IMG/VR virus record: IMGVR_UViG_2718217944_000002
Source: a virus
DNA: 64,000 nucleotides
Reading direction: 5' to 3' (one strand)
In this document: piece by piece, positions 17,933 to 28,217 of the stretch
Numbering within the stretch: the first letter of the stretch is position 1
How the letters are laid out: the number at the start of each line of letters is the position of its first letter
The notes under the pieces: model-generated
What the model saw: the letters and a program-made list of their open reading frames with translations, nothing else
Told to the model about the DNA's origin: nothing
The model's database searches: none
Position numbers and translations under genes: made by a program

Positions 17933-19840
17933 GTGGCTGACAGCTTTCAGTTAAAGGCGATCATTACGGCGGTTGATCAGCTGTCCGAACCCATGAAGAA
18001 GATGCAGCGCAACGTCAAGGGGTTCGGTAAAGAGTTTTCCTCCATTATGACCGGCGCTGCGGCGGTGGGTGCCGGTATCGTTGGGGCGCTGACATTGCCG
18101 ATAAATCAGGCCATTGAGTTTGAATCGGTGATGGCCGATGTGCGCAAGGTCGTGGATTTTGATACCCCGGCACAGTTCAAGCAGATGAGCGACGATGTGC
18201 TGAACCTGTCTACACGGTTGCCGATGGCCGCCGAGGGGATTGGGCAGATTGTCGCGGCCGGCGGCCAGGCGGGCATCGCCAAAGAAGAGCTGCTTTCCTT
18301 TGCCGAGTCTGCCGTAAAAATGGGCGTGGCATTCGACCAGACCGCGGAAGAGTCCGGCCAGATGATGGCGCAGTGGCGTACGGCCTTCAAAATGACCCAG
18401 ACAGACGTAGTCGGGTTGGCGGATAAGATCAACTACCTGGGGAACACCGGCCCCGCCAGTGCGGCCAAGATTTCTGAGGTTGTTACCCGGATCGGCCCAT
18501 TGGGCGAAGTGGCCGGCGTGGCGTCAGGCGAGATTGCGGCAATGGGCGCTACCATTGCCGGCATGGGGGTGGAGTCCGAGATCGCCTCGACGGGCATCAA
18601 GAACTTCATGCTTTCATTGACCGCGGGTGGCGCTGCTACAGCTTCACAGAAACGGGCGCTCAGAGCGTTAAAGATCAACCCGAAAACTCTGGCAGCCGAC
18701 ATGCAGAAAGATGCCAAGGGCGCCATGCTGAAAGTGCTGGACTCGCTGGCGAAGGTTCCCAAAGCAAAACAGGCCGCTGTCATGACAGCGCTGTTCGGCA
18801 AGGAGTCTCTGGGGGCGATCGCGCCCCTGCTGACCAACCTTGATCTGTTGCGGAAAAACTTTGCCAAAGTCGCTGACCAGCAGGCCTACGGCGGCTCAAT
18901 GGAGAAGGAGTACGCCGCGCGCGCCGCCACGACAGCGAATGCCATCCAGCTGTTCAAAAACCAGATGAGCGCGGTCAGTGTGACGATCGGAGATATGTTC
19001 CTGCCGGCGCTAAACAAGGGTATCGGCAAGCTGATGCCATTTATCGAACAACTGCGTGATTGGGTGAAGGCAAATCCTGAGTTGCTCAAGTCTGTTGCCA
19101 AGTTTGGGGCATATTTGCTGGGGACTGCCAGCGCGGTGGGTGCGGTGAAAAAGGCATTTGGCTTGCTCAATACCGTGATGAATATGTCGCCGTTGGGCAA
19201 GCTGGTGACGTTGCTGGTATTGGCCGGCGGGCTGATCGTCGATAACTGGGATACCGTGGGCCCGACCATACAATCCGCCCTGGCCGAGATCAACAAGGTG
19301 GTTGATGCCATCGGTGGGTGGGAGACCGTGCTTAAAGGCATCTTGGCCTTCATGGTGATCAAGTGGTCCGTTGACATGGTCAGCTCCATCGGCAGCGTGA
19401 CGAAAGAGATGGGGAAACTTGGGAAGGTAACAAAGGGTACCGGGTTATTCGGCGGTGGCGTGATGGCTCTTGGCCGTCTGGGGACGATCGGCGCCGCGCT
19501 CACCGCCAAAGAGTACGTAGCCGATCCGCTGGAGGAGCGGTTCACCTGGTTGAAAGACAACGTGGTGACACGCACGCTCAATGATCTGCCTGGTCTCGAT
19601 AGCGTTGATGCATTGGGGAAAAAGCTGCTGCCCTGGCGCAGAGAGGAAAACCAGGGGCGGCAGTATCAACCTTCGGTTTCCCTGCTCAGGCCGGTCAATC
19701 CCTCGCCGCAACAGCCGCCGGGCGGTGAATTTACGTTCAAGTTTGAGAATATGCCGGCAGGTATGAAGGTGCAGACGGACAGCAAGCTGCCTCCCGGTAT
19801 TTCCTACGATGTCGGCTATAACCGATTTGCCAAACCCTGA
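17933..19840 (+). CDS. Tail tape measure protein (TP901-type core)
   Basis: Ala-rich, FESVMADVRKVVD core, hydrophobic C-terminal segments. Confidence 0.9.
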   Translation: MADSFQLKAIITAVDQLSEPMKKMQRNVKGFGKEFSSIMTGAAAVGAGIVGALTLPINQAIEFESVMADVRKVVDFDTPAQFKQMSDDVLNLSTRLPMAAEGIGQIVAAGGQAGIAKEELLSFAESAVKMGVAFDQTAEESGQMMAQWRTAFKMTQTDVVGLADKINYLGNTGPASAAKISEVVTRIGPLGEVAGVASGEIAAMGATIAGMGVESEIASTGIKNFMLSLTAGGAATASQKRALRALKINPKTLAADMQKDAKGAMLKVLDSLAKVPKAKQAAVMTALFGKESLGAIAPLLTNLDLLRKNFAKVADQQAYGGSMEKEYAARAATTANAIQLFKNQMSAVSVTIGDMFLPALNKGIGKLMPFIEQLRDWVKANPELLKSVAKFGAYLLGTASAVGAVKKAFGLLNTVMNMSPLGKLVTLLVLAGGLIVDNWDTVGPTIQSALAEINKVVDAIGGWETVLKGILAFMVIKWSVDMVSSIGSVTKEMGKLGKVTKGTGLFGGGVMALGRLGTIGAALTAKEYVADPLEERFTWLKDNVVTRTLNDLPGLDSVDALGKKLLPWRREENQGRQYQPSVSLLRPVNPSPQQPPGGEFTFKFENMPAGMKVQTDSKLPPGISYDVGYNRFAKP

Positions 19841-19861
19841 CCCGCGCCGCGGGTTTTTTTA
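19841..19861 (+). terminator. Intrinsic terminator
   Basis: CCCGCG-C-CGCGGG hairpin followed by T tract. Confidence 0.6.
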
Positions 19862-19875
19862 CGCCTGGAGTCATT

Positions 19876-21177
19876 ATGGCTGGATGGAAAAGCAGGCTGC
19901 AGCCCGCGTCGTTCCGTGGTGTGCCTTTCAGTGTTGAAAGTGACGAAGGCACATTCGGCCGCCGGGTGCAGACGCATGAATATCCCAATCGGGATAAGCC
20001 CTATACCGAAGATCTCGGGCGGGCAACGCGGCGATTCACGATCAGCGCCTACCTGATCGGGGATGATTACATTGACCAGCGCGATCGGCTCATTGCGGCT
20101 GTAGATACCCCGGGGCCGGGAACGCTGGTACACCCCAACTACGGTGAAATGGCCATCTGCGTTGATGGTGAAGTGCGCGTCAGTCACAGCAACAACGAAG
20201 GGCGCATGTGCCGGATCAGCTTCAGTTTCGTTGAAGCGGGGGAATTGTCGTTTCCGACTTCGGGCGTGGCGACAGGGCAATTGCTGGTCTCGTCCTGCTC
20301 GGCCCTTGACGACAGTATTGGCGACGCCTTCTCCAGTTTTGGCCTGGGGGGCCTGTCGGATTTTATTCAGAGTGATGTGCTCGACCAGGCCACCGCGATG
20401 ATAAATACCGTGGCGGATGCCTTCACCATGGTGGATGAGGGGATTGCCGCGGCGGCGCGTTTACTGCAGGGGGATCTGTCGGTGCTGCTGATGCCGCCGT
20501 CTTCTGGCATGAACTTTGTCAATGCCCTGCAAAAAATGTGGCGCGCCGGCAATCGCCTCACCGGTGATGCATCGGATCTGGTGACGCTGATCGACACGCT
20601 TTCCGGTGTGACGCTGGGGCATGATTTGGCGCCGCGGGGGGTATGGAATACTGACAGTACGACAACCCAGGTTGTGAAGTCGCAGCAGAACTACGTTGCC
20701 GAAGCCATTCGCACCACGGCCATCAGCGAAGCCGCCTATACGGTGACGCTGCTTCCTCAGCCCAAAACGCCAGTCAACCAGCGATCACCTGAGAGCGCAA
20801 CGCCCGTTGTGTCACATCCGGCGCTCAATGATGCCGGCATGGATAATTCTGTGCCGGCGCCCGTAACCTGGGACGATTTGATCGCCGTGCGCGCCGGGCT
20901 TAATCATGTCATTGATACCGAGCTGCAGCGCACGGCCGATGATGGCCTTTTCCTTTCCCTTAACCGGGTTCGCACGGATACCAACCGGGATATTTCGACA
21001 CGCCTGGCGCAGGTGGAAAAAACGGTGACCCGTACACCACCAGACGTGTTGCCGGCGCTGGTGCTTGCCGCCACCTGGTATGACAACGCCGCCCGCGAAA
21101 CCGACATTACGGGGCGTAATGCCGTGAAGCATCCCGGCTTTATTCCCGTTCAGCCATTGAGGGTACCCGTTCGATGA
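19876..21177 (+). CDS. DNA circularisation protein (Mu gp43-like)
   Basis: LQPASFRGVPF...HEYPNRD...EDLGR; C-terminal VKHPGFIP. Confidence 0.9.
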   Translation: MAGWKSRLQPASFRGVPFSVESDEGTFGRRVQTHEYPNRDKPYTEDLGRATRRFTISAYLIGDDYIDQRDRLIAAVDTPGPGTLVHPNYGEMAICVDGEVRVSHSNNEGRMCRISFSFVEAGELSFPTSGVATGQLLVSSCSALDDSIGDAFSSFGLGGLSDFIQSDVLDQATAMINTVADAFTMVDEGIAAAARLLQGDLSVLLMPPSSGMNFVNALQKMWRAGNRLTGDASDLVTLIDTLSGVTLGHDLAPRGVWNTDSTTTQVVKSQQNYVAEAIRTTAISEAAYTVTLLPQPKTPVNQRSPESATPVVSHPALNDAGMDNSVPAPVTWDDLIAVRAGLNHVIDTELQRTADDGLFLSLNRVRTDTNRDISTRLAQVEKTVTRTPPDVLPALVLAATWYDNAARETDITGRNAVKHPGFIPVQPLRVPVR

Positions 21178-22244
21178 ATAATACCGTCACGCTGAGAGTG
21201 AACGGCCGCGAGTGGGGCGGCTGGACTACCGTCAAGATCGCGGCCGGCATTGAGCGTCTGGCCAGGGATTTTAACGTGCAGATAACCCGCCAATGGCCGG
21301 GGGAGTCGGGCAGTGTCCCGCTCGCTCCGCGGGTAAAGAAGGGGGATGCCGTCGAAGTCTTGATCGGTGATGACCTGGTGATCACCGGCTGGGTAGAGGC
21401 CACGCCGATACGTTACGACGCCCGGGGCATTACCTTTGGGATCACCGGCCGGAGTAAAACGGCGGATCTGATTGACTGCACCGCGGCGCCCACACAATTT
21501 GCCGGCCGGACATTGGCGCAGATTGCCACGCAGCTTGCCAAGCCGTTCAACCTTACCGTGGTTGATGCCGACGCCCCGGCGGGTTCACTGCAGGGCGTCC
21601 AGGCGGATCACGGTGAAACAGTCCATGAGGTGTTGAACAAACTGCTGGGTCAGCAGCAGGCACTGGCCTATGACGATCCGCAAGGGCGGTTGGTGGTGGG
21701 TGCCATTGGCAGTGTGCACGCCACGACCGCGCTGGTCTTCGGCGAGAACGTGCTGAGTTGCGATACCGAACAGAGCATTCGCGATCGCTTTTCGGATTAT
21801 CAGGTTTCTGGCCAGCGTGCCGGCGGTGACGATGATTTTGGCGAGGCGACGATCTCTGCCATTCGGTCAACTGCGAAGGATAGCGGCGTCAAACGCTATC
21901 GCCCGCACTACATCCAGCAGACGGGCAATGCGACCGGCACTACCTGTCAGGCGAGATGTGAGTTTGAGGCACGGCAGCGCGCGGCGCGGACGGACGAAAC
22001 CACCTATACGGTGCAGGGCTGGCGCCAGGGAGACGGGCAACTGTGGCAACCCAACCAGCGTGTGATTGTGTTCGATCCGCTGCTGGACTTTAACAACCGG
22101 GAAATGGTGATCGCCGAGGTGACCTATTCCCAGGATGAGGGGGGCACGGTGACCGAATTACGCGTGGGGCCGGAGGATGCGTACCTGCCAGAGCCACAGA
22201 AACCCGGGAAGCGGAAAAAGGCCAAACAAGAGGATGATTTCTGA
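21174..22244 (+). CDS. Baseplate hub (Mu gp44-like)
   Basis: WGGWTTVKI, GRSKTADLIDC, YTVQGWRQ. Confidence 0.9.
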   Translation: MNNTVTLRVNGREWGGWTTVKIAAGIERLARDFNVQITRQWPGESGSVPLAPRVKKGDAVEVLIGDDLVITGWVEATPIRYDARGITFGITGRSKTADLIDCTAAPTQFAGRTLAQIATQLAKPFNLTVVDADAPAGSLQGVQADHGETVHEVLNKLLGQQQALAYDDPQGRLVVGAIGSVHATTALVFGENVLSCDTEQSIRDRFSDYQVSGQRAGGDDDFGEATISAIRSTAKDSGVKRYRPHYIQQTGNATGTTCQARCEFEARQRAARTDETTYTVQGWRQGDGQLWQPNQRVIVFDPLLDFNNREMVIAEVTYSQDEGGTVTELRVGPEDAYLPEPQKPGKRKKAKQEDDF

Positions 22245-22780
22245 TGCGTAATCCGATGGAGGCCATACAGCGAGGCCTGTCAAACCTGCTTGCCCGCGCG
22301 GTGGTGCGGGGGCTGAACAGTGCAGCCAAATGCCAGACGGTGGATGTCGCGCTGGTGGCCGGTGACCCCAAATCCAGCGTTGAGCATCTGGAACCCTACG
22401 GCTTTACGGCCGCGGCACATCCCGGGGCAGAAGCGGTGGCGTTGTTTTTGTCGGGAGACCGTTCGCACGGTGTGGTGATCACCGTGGCCGATCGTCGGTA
22501 CCGACTGAGCGGCCTGCAGAGTGGTGAGGTGGCGTTGTACTCCGATGAAGGCGACAGCATTGTTCTGCGCCGGGGCAATCGGGTAGAGGTGAACACCAAA
22601 CACTATGTTGTCAATGCTGAGGAGAAAGTCACCTTTAACACGCCGCTGGTTGAAGTGCCCAATGGTGAGATTGCCGATAAAACCAGCACGCTGAGCAAAA
22701 TGCGTGAACAGTATAACGGGCATGACCACGACGATACTCACGGTGGCCAGACCGGCAAACCGAACCAGGAGATGAAATGA
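22244..22780 (+). CDS. Baseplate spike (Mu gp45/gpV-like)
   Basis: EHLEPYGFT; C-terminal YNGHDHDD metal-binding tip. Confidence 0.9.
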   Translation: MRNPMEAIQRGLSNLLARAVVRGLNSAAKCQTVDVALVAGDPKSSVEHLEPYGFTAAAHPGAEAVALFLSGDRSHGVVITVADRRYRLSGLQSGEVALYSDEGDSIVLRRGNRVEVNTKHYVVNAEEKVTFNTPLVEVPNGEIADKTSTLSKMREQYNGHDHDDTHGGQTGKPNQEMK

Positions 22781-23193
22781 TGATCCTGACCGTCAATGGC
22801 GTGCGTTACCCCGGAAACGCTCCGCTAGATCGGCTGACGCGATCGGTTGTGATATCGCTCTTCTCCTGGCGCCGGGCTGAGCCGGACGATAACGCGCAGC
22901 AGCCGATGGGCTGGTGGGGCGATACCTGGCCAACGGTACAAAATGATCGCATAGGCTCCCGGCTATACCTGCTCCGCCGCACGACCCTGACCAATCAGAC
23001 GCCACCTCTGGCGAGAACGTATATCAACCAGGCGCTGGCCTGGATGATTGACGATGGCGTTGTCGCGCGGATTGATACGCGAGTGGAGCGTACCGGCATC
23101 GATATGCTGGCAGCCGCGATCACACTGTGGCAGCGAGACGGCACCCGCCACACGATTACATTTGACGATTTATGGAGTGAACTCAATGGCTGA
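22777..23193 (+). CDS. Baseplate protein (Mu gp46-like)
   Basis: VVISLFSWRRA, GWWGD, IGSRLYLL. Confidence 0.9.
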   Translation: MMILTVNGVRYPGNAPLDRLTRSVVISLFSWRRAEPDDNAQQPMGWWGDTWPTVQNDRIGSRLYLLRRTTLTNQTPPLARTYINQALAWMIDDGVVARIDTRVERTGIDMLAAAITLWQRDGTRHTITFDDLWSELNG

Positions 23194-24259
23194 CAGTGGT
23201 TTCAGCAGGCCGCCCCTGCCGCAACTTATCGCGACGATCAGAAGCGATTTGCTCACGCGGTTCAATGAAGATGTGGTGTTGCGTCGTCTGGATGCGGAGG
23301 TATATGCGCGCGTGCAGGCAGCGGCCGTGCATACGCTATATGGCTACATCGACTATCTTGCGCGGAACATGTTGCCGGACCAGGCGGATCCTGATTGGCT
23401 GGCGCGGCATGGCGCGATGAAGCGTTGCCCCCGGAAACCGCCAACGGCGGCGGCCGGCTTTGTCCGCTGGCAGGATGTTAGCGGCACACCTGAATTGCCG
23501 GCCGGAACGGTGCTGCAGCGCGATGATCAGCAGACGTACACCACCACCGAAGCCGCCACGGCGGCCGGCGGAGTGTTGCGCGCCCCTGTACTAGCTGACT
23601 CCGCCGGGCGAGAGGGTAACGCTGATGATGGCATTGCTCTTCGCCTGGTAACCCCTATAGGGGGGCTATCTTCCACGGGCTATGCCGACGATTTGGCGGG
23701 CGGGGAAGATATCGAGCCGCTTGAAACCTGGCGTGGCCGCATCATGGAGCGGTGGTTCTACACCCCACAGGGTGGCGCTGATCATGACTATGTGATCTGG
23801 GCGAAAGAGGTGGTCGGCATTACCCGCGCCTGGACGTTCCGCCATTACAAGGGGATCGGCACTGTGGGGGTGATGGTCGCCAGTGGCGATGCCACCCATC
23901 CCGCGCCACCGGCTGAAACGGTGACCGCCGTACGGGAACACATCTTACCCCTGGCGCCGGTTGCGGGAGGCGGATTGTTTGTGTTCCCTGCCACCGAGAA
24001 GGTGATCCCCATGACGATTGCCCTGGCAAAAGACACGCCGGAGATCCGGGCGGCCGTCATTGCCGAGCTTAATTCGCTGTTTTTGCGTGACGGCATTCCT
24101 TCGGGAACGATACACCTGTCGCGCATCAGCGAAGCCATCAGCATCGCCACCGGCGAATATGCACACCGGCTGGATGCGCCGACCGCCAATATCAAACTGG
24201 GTAACGTGGAGCTACCCGTTTTGGGAACGGTCACCTGGTCAAACTACAGCGCGGGGTAA
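23186..24259 (+). CDS. Baseplate J-like protein (Mu gp47-like)
   Basis: LPDQADPDWL, GGEDIE, PQGGADHDYVIWA. Confidence 0.9.
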   Translation: MADSGFSRPPLPQLIATIRSDLLTRFNEDVVLRRLDAEVYARVQAAAVHTLYGYIDYLARNMLPDQADPDWLARHGAMKRCPRKPPTAAAGFVRWQDVSGTPELPAGTVLQRDDQQTYTTTEAATAAGGVLRAPVLADSAGREGNADDGIALRLVTPIGGLSSTGYADDLAGGEDIEPLETWRGRIMERWFYTPQGGADHDYVIWAKEVVGITRAWTFRHYKGIGTVGVMVASGDATHPAPPAETVTAVREHILPLAPVAGGGLFVFPATEKVIPMTIALAKDTPEIRAAVIAELNSLFLRDGIPSGTIHLSRISEAISIATGEYAHRLDAPTANIKLGNVELPVLGTVTWSNYSAG

Positions 24260-24262
24260 CGC

Positions 24263-24850
24263 ATGTCACTTGAAGATGATTACACCCGGCTGCTTTATCA
24301 TCTGCTGCCGCCGGGGCCGGCCTGGGAAGGAGACAGCCCGCTGTTGAACGGTCTGGCACCTTCTTTGGCCGCCGTTCACCAGCGTGGCGAAGACCTGATG
24401 CGTGAGATTGACCCGGCGCAGACGGTTGAGTTGATCGGCCGTTACGAAACGCTCTGTGGGCTGCCCGATTCCTGTGCGCCCCCCGGCGTGCAAACACTGC
24501 GTCAACGCCAGCAGCGACTTGACGCAAAAATTAATATCCCGGGCGGGATTAACGAACGGTTTTACCGCCAACAGCTGGATGCGCTGGGTTATCACACGGC
24601 GACCATTGAACAATTTCAGAATCTGGATGCGACCCCGGATCCGGAGTGGGGTGATAAGTGGCGTTATTACTGGCGCGTGAATATTCCCTCTGATGCCACC
24701 GTAGCCTGGCAAACCTGCACCAGCGCGTGCAATAGCGCTATTCGTACCTGGGGCGATACGGTGGTGGAATGCGTTATCGAAAAATTATGCCCATCCCACA
24801 CCGTGGTGGTCTTTGCCTATCCTGAAGGAGAAAACGATGCATCGAATTGA
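24263..24850 (+). CDS. Baseplate wedge protein (YmfQ/DUF2313)
   Basis: [20 protein letters not shown]. Confidence 0.9.
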   Translation: MSLEDDYTRLLYHLLPPGPAWEGDSPLLNGLAPSLAAVHQRGEDLMREIDPAQTVELIGRYETLCGLPDSCAPPGVQTLRQRQQRLDAKINIPGGINERFYRQQLDALGYHTATIEQFQNLDATPDPEWGDKWRYYWRVNIPSDATVAWQTCTSACNSAIRTWGDTVVECVIEKLCPSHTVVVFAYPEGENDASN

Positions 24851-26339
24851 TACGCCTACGGCGCAAATTGATAAATTTGGGCCGGGGAAGAACGGTTTTA
24901 CCAACGGCGATCCGGCTACCGGGCGCCGCGCTACCGATCTGAACAGCGATATGTGGGACGCGGTGCAGGAAGAGGTCGCCAACGCCATCGAGAGTAACGG
25001 CATTGCGCTGGACAAATCAAAACATAATCAGCTGTATCTGGCGATACAGAAGGCGATCACCGATCCGGGCTTTTTGAAAAAGGCGAATAACCTGTCGGAT
25101 CTTGCGAACGTAGCTGAAGCACGAGGTAACCTTAAATTGGGTACTGCTGCGACGAAAAACGTCGGCACAGGTAGTGGTAATGTGATGGAAATGGGCACAG
25201 CTGGTTTGGGGGTCGGGCCAATAGCCAAAAGCGACGCTTACAGTAACATCGCGCAGTTTTTCCGCGTAAATGCTTCGTCAGCCAATAAGCCTCCTGCAGT
25301 GTCCGGAAACGTATCAGCTGGCGTTGTATGCTTGCCTATGGATGCGGCACCATCCTCAGGCTACGTTGCTGTTGTTGGCGGTAATTTGGCGGCGTATGTC
25401 GGCATTTCACAAGCAGAGGCTGGCGGGATTACCTGGGCGAGAATTTATACCGATAGGTTTAAACCTACTGCTGCTGATATCAATGCTGTTGCAAAAACCG
25501 GTGACAGAATGAGCGGCCCGCTAGGCACCACTTATGCAGATTCTTATCGTATTGTTTCCGGGCAATATGGCACTTTCTGGCGCAATGACGGTAACGCGCT
25601 GTATCTTATGCTTACCAATGCTGGTGACCAGTGGGGGACATTTAATGACCTGCGACCTTTTGCCGTCTCAACCAGTGATGGCTCTGTAAATTTTTCAACT
25701 AAATTTACAGTTAATCACTCGGATTACATTTACAAGACAGGAATATACCCATACACAAATAATGGACAAAGTTTTAACCAGTCCAATGGATTACACATTC
25801 AAGGTTCGGGCGATCAGTATGCCGATATTTATTATCTTGAAACTGTAGGTCAATACGGAACATTATCTTTCCATATTCACTCTGGCGGATTAGATGCTTA
25901 CCCATCCTTTAAGAATGATGGATCACTCGCGCTGAATGGTACTTATCCAATTATCACAATGTCAACCGGAACTCGATACCATCAGGACGGTAACATTTGG
26001 GGTTCTGTTTGGGGAGGGTATCTCAGTAACTGGATAAATAACAATACTTATGGCCCACAACGCCCGCAGCCACCCGTACAGGTTAATACTGATGCGATTG
26101 GCAGTCTCGCATTTGCACGTTTGAACCCTCAAAACTCCAGAGTAGGTTATGGAGAGCTGGTTTCTGGTTCTAACTTATCGCCATCCGGGGTTACCGGCTA
26201 TCCAGGCGGTGGTAACTGGGCTGCCCTGTTTGCTGAGGGTCAGTTAGGAGGGACATGGAAATGCTTGGGGTTATGTATTTCTGATAGCGAGGGCGGCAAC
26301 AGGCATTACGGTGTTAGCTTATTTGTGAGGGTGTCATGA
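24837..26339 (+). CDS. Tail fibre protein
   Basis: [10 protein letters not shown]...[14 protein letters not shown]-terminus, NNLSDL motif, Gly/Asn/Tyr-rich distal part, WKCLG end. Confidence 0.9.
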   Translation: MHRIDTPTAQIDKFGPGKNGFTNGDPATGRRATDLNSDMWDAVQEEVANAIESNGIALDKSKHNQLYLAIQKAITDPGFLKKANNLSDLANVAEARGNLKLGTAATKNVGTGSGNVMEMGTAGLGVGPIAKSDAYSNIAQFFRVNASSANKPPAVSGNVSAGVVCLPMDAAPSSGYVAVVGGNLAAYVGISQAEAGGITWARIYTDRFKPTAADINAVAKTGDRMSGPLGTTYADSYRIVSGQYGTFWRNDGNALYLMLTNAGDQWGTFNDLRPFAVSTSDGSVNFSTKFTVNHSDYIYKTGIYPYTNNGQSFNQSNGLHIQGSGDQYADIYYLETVGQYGTLSFHIHSGGLDAYPSFKNDGSLALNGTYPIITMSTGTRYHQDGNIWGSVWGGYLSNWINNNTYGPQRPQPPVQVNTDAIGSLAFARLNPQNSRVGYGELVSGSNLSPSGVTGYPGGGNWAALFAEGQLGGTWKCLGLCISDSEGGNRHYGVSLFVRVS

Positions 26340-26791
26340 TGGAATATAAAGAAGTTAAAAAGTGCAGAACTACAAATATAGAGAGTTACATCGATTGCGA
26401 TGTAATATTCCCAACCATATCGGAAGAACCATTATCATTTACAGCAATACCAAATGATTCAACAGAACACGGACGAGAAATATATGAAAGAGCACTGGCT
26501 GGAGAATTTGGTAAGGTTATTGTTTCCAAGTCAGAAAATGGTTACGTTTGGGATGGTAATGCTTATATTGAGAGTGGCGTTGATGTTGAAACAATAAAGA
26601 TAGAAGAAACAAAAAGGCACTTACTAAATGAAGCTTCTGAAAGAATTTCTATTCTTAGTGACGCGGTAGATATGGGAATGGCAACAGAAAGCGAAAAAGC
26701 TAATTTACTTGAGTGGAGGAAGTATAGGGTACAGGTAAATAGAATAGATGTTAATAGTAAGGATGGCTGGCCGAAAAAGCCGGCCAGCTAA
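26336..26791 (+). CDS. Tail fibre assembly protein
   Basis: PNDSTEHGREIY; LSDAVDMG...WRKYRVQVNRID...WPKKP. Confidence 0.85.
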   Translation: MMEYKEVKKCRTTNIESYIDCDVIFPTISEEPLSFTAIPNDSTEHGREIYERALAGEFGKVIVSKSENGYVWDGNAYIESGVDVETIKIEETKRHLLNEASERISILSDAVDMGMATESEKANLLEWRKYRVQVNRIDVNSKDGWPKKPAS

Positions 26792-26792
26792 A

Positions 26793-27299
26793 TTATAAAT
26801 TCTTTTTGAATACCGCTGGCGTGCCAGCATATAAAGTGTTTTCTGGAACGTTGCAATTAACTACACTGTTAGCGCCGATGACACTGTTATCACCTATAGT
26901 AACTCCAGGGAGGATAACAGCGCCGGCACATATCCAGACATTTTCACCTATAGTAATTGGAGCGGTGATGTTTTTATCATGTCTGTTTTCAGGAGTTACA
27001 TGGTGACTTACAGTTGATAATGTTACGTTAGGGCCAATCATAGAACCATCGTTGATAATTATTTTTTCATCATCAAGGAAGGTGCAATTAGCATTTACAA
27101 ATACATCACCAATTAGATTGATGTTGCCATACTCATAATAAAATGGCGGGGTAATTTGTGTTTGCTTGCTCAGTAGAATCCCAGATTTTGATAGAGCTTT
27201 GTTTCTTCGCTTTTTTGATAAATGTGATGTGTTGAAGATTAATCGGGCATGTTCTGGGTTTATTTTTCTTTTAAATAAGATGGTTATATAATTGAGCAT
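26793..27299 (-). CDS. Hexapeptide-repeat O-acetyltransferase (maltose/galactoside type), moron
   Basis: IGPNVTL, PITIGENVWICAGAVILPGVTIGDNSVIGANSVV, GTPA; AT-rich; opposite strand to the late operon. Confidence 0.9.
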   Translation of the reverse strand: MLNYITILFKRKINPEHARLIFNTSHLSKKRRNKALSKSGILLSKQTQITPPFYYEYGNINLIGDVFVNANCTFLDDEKIIINDGSMIGPNVTLSTVSHHVTPENRHDKNITAPITIGENVWICAGAVILPGVTIGDNSVIGANSVVNCNVPENTLYAGTPAVFKKNL

Positions 27300-27322
27300 A
27301 TTATTACCAATTCCATTTTGGT

Positions 27323-27345
27323 TAAAAAAGCCTCTTGCGAGGCTT
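27323..27345 (-). terminator. Terminator after hicB
   Basis: AAGCCTC-N4-GAGGCTT hairpin with T tract on the minus strand, overlapping the hicB stop. Confidence 0.65.
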
Positions 27346-27754
27346 AACGATTTTCACTGCTTATCACTCTATCAGCTGCAACCCGTGAGAGGAAGCCAGA
27401 ACGGCTACCGTACTCAGGATGCGCGGCGACAAACTGATCGATACGGCGGATCAGCAATGAGGGGAGTGTCACGTTAATTTTCTCCGCCTTGCCCATAAGC
27501 CGCGTGATATCCACATCGACGAGCGCCCATACGACGCCGGCGTAATCTGGATCAGATAGCCAGTTTTCAACGTTGGTTCCTTCCGGCACGGCTTCGCCAT
27601 CTTCAACCAATAATTCGATATGCGCCTCAATGGCTTCACGCGCACTCTCGATCGCATCCTGATAGTTGTCGCCCCCGGAGAAGCAGCCAGGAATATCAGG
27701 TACGCGAACGCCGAAGGATGAATCGCCTTTATCAATAGCAACTGGATACAGCAT
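27344..27754 (-). CDS. hicB: HicB antitoxin
   Basis: YPVAI...FGVRVPDIPGCFSGGD...AREAI; C-terminal KINVTLP ribbon-helix-helix. Confidence 0.95.
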   Translation of the reverse strand: MLYPVAIDKGDSSFGVRVPDIPGCFSGGDNYQDAIESAREAIEAHIELLVEDGEAVPEGTNVENWLSDPDYAGVVWALVDVDITRLMGKAEKINVTLPSLLIRRIDQFVAAHPEYGSRSGFLSRVAADRVISSENR

Positions 27755-27776
27755 GTTAACCTCCAAGAGGTGGGGC

Positions 27777-27956
27777 TTAGAGCCCCGCCTGTTTCTTGAT
27801 ACTTTTCAGTGTTGGCAGCGGTATGTCTTTCTGTGGATGTTTTACCGTTACCAGCCCTTTCTTCGTTGGGTGCTTAAACTGGTGGTGACTGCCTTTTACT
27901 CTCACCAGATACCACCCATCGGCTTCAATCATTGCTATTGCATTCCTGCTATCCAT
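27777..27956 (-). CDS. hicA: HicA toxin (not in ORF track)
   Basis: Manual translation MDSRNAIAMIEADGWYLVRVKGSHHQFKHPTKKGLVTVKHPQKDIPLPTLKSIKKQAGL with the GSH motif. Confidence 0.95.
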   Translation of the reverse strand: MDSRNAIAMIEADGWYLVRVKGSHHQFKHPTKKGLVTVKHPQKDIPLPTLKSIKKQAGL

Positions 27957-27984
27957 CCTCCGGCTCTCTGTGTTGTTTTGATGG

Positions 27985-28016
27985 GGTTATTATAACCACC
28001 TCGTTTGAGTTGTCAA
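27985..28016 (-). promoter_or_regulatory. hicAB sigma70 promoter with operator
   Basis: TTGACA (28011-16)-N16-TATAAT (27989-94) on the minus strand; GGTTAT-T-ATAACC palindrome over the -10. Confidence 0.8.
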
Positions 28017-28118
28017 GTTTTTGGAGTTATCAGGGTTATCGACCATAGGGTATTCACAGATAGCAAGGCATGGAAATTTCAAAAAATGAATTATCAAAAC
28101 CCAGCAAACATTTCATTC

Positions 28119-28198
28119 AATCAATGGCTTACAAATTGCGTTAAATGACGTAAGTTACCCCACTGAAATCAGTTTTTGTATTAAAAATCAATTTGTTG
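28119..28198 (+). promoter_or_regulatory. Two IHF consensus sites in the att P arm
   Basis: WATCAA-N4-TTR matches at 28119-28131 and 28186-28198, directly left of the icd homology. Confidence 0.6.
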
Positions 28199-28217
28199 AT
28201 CTGCTGTCAGCAATATA

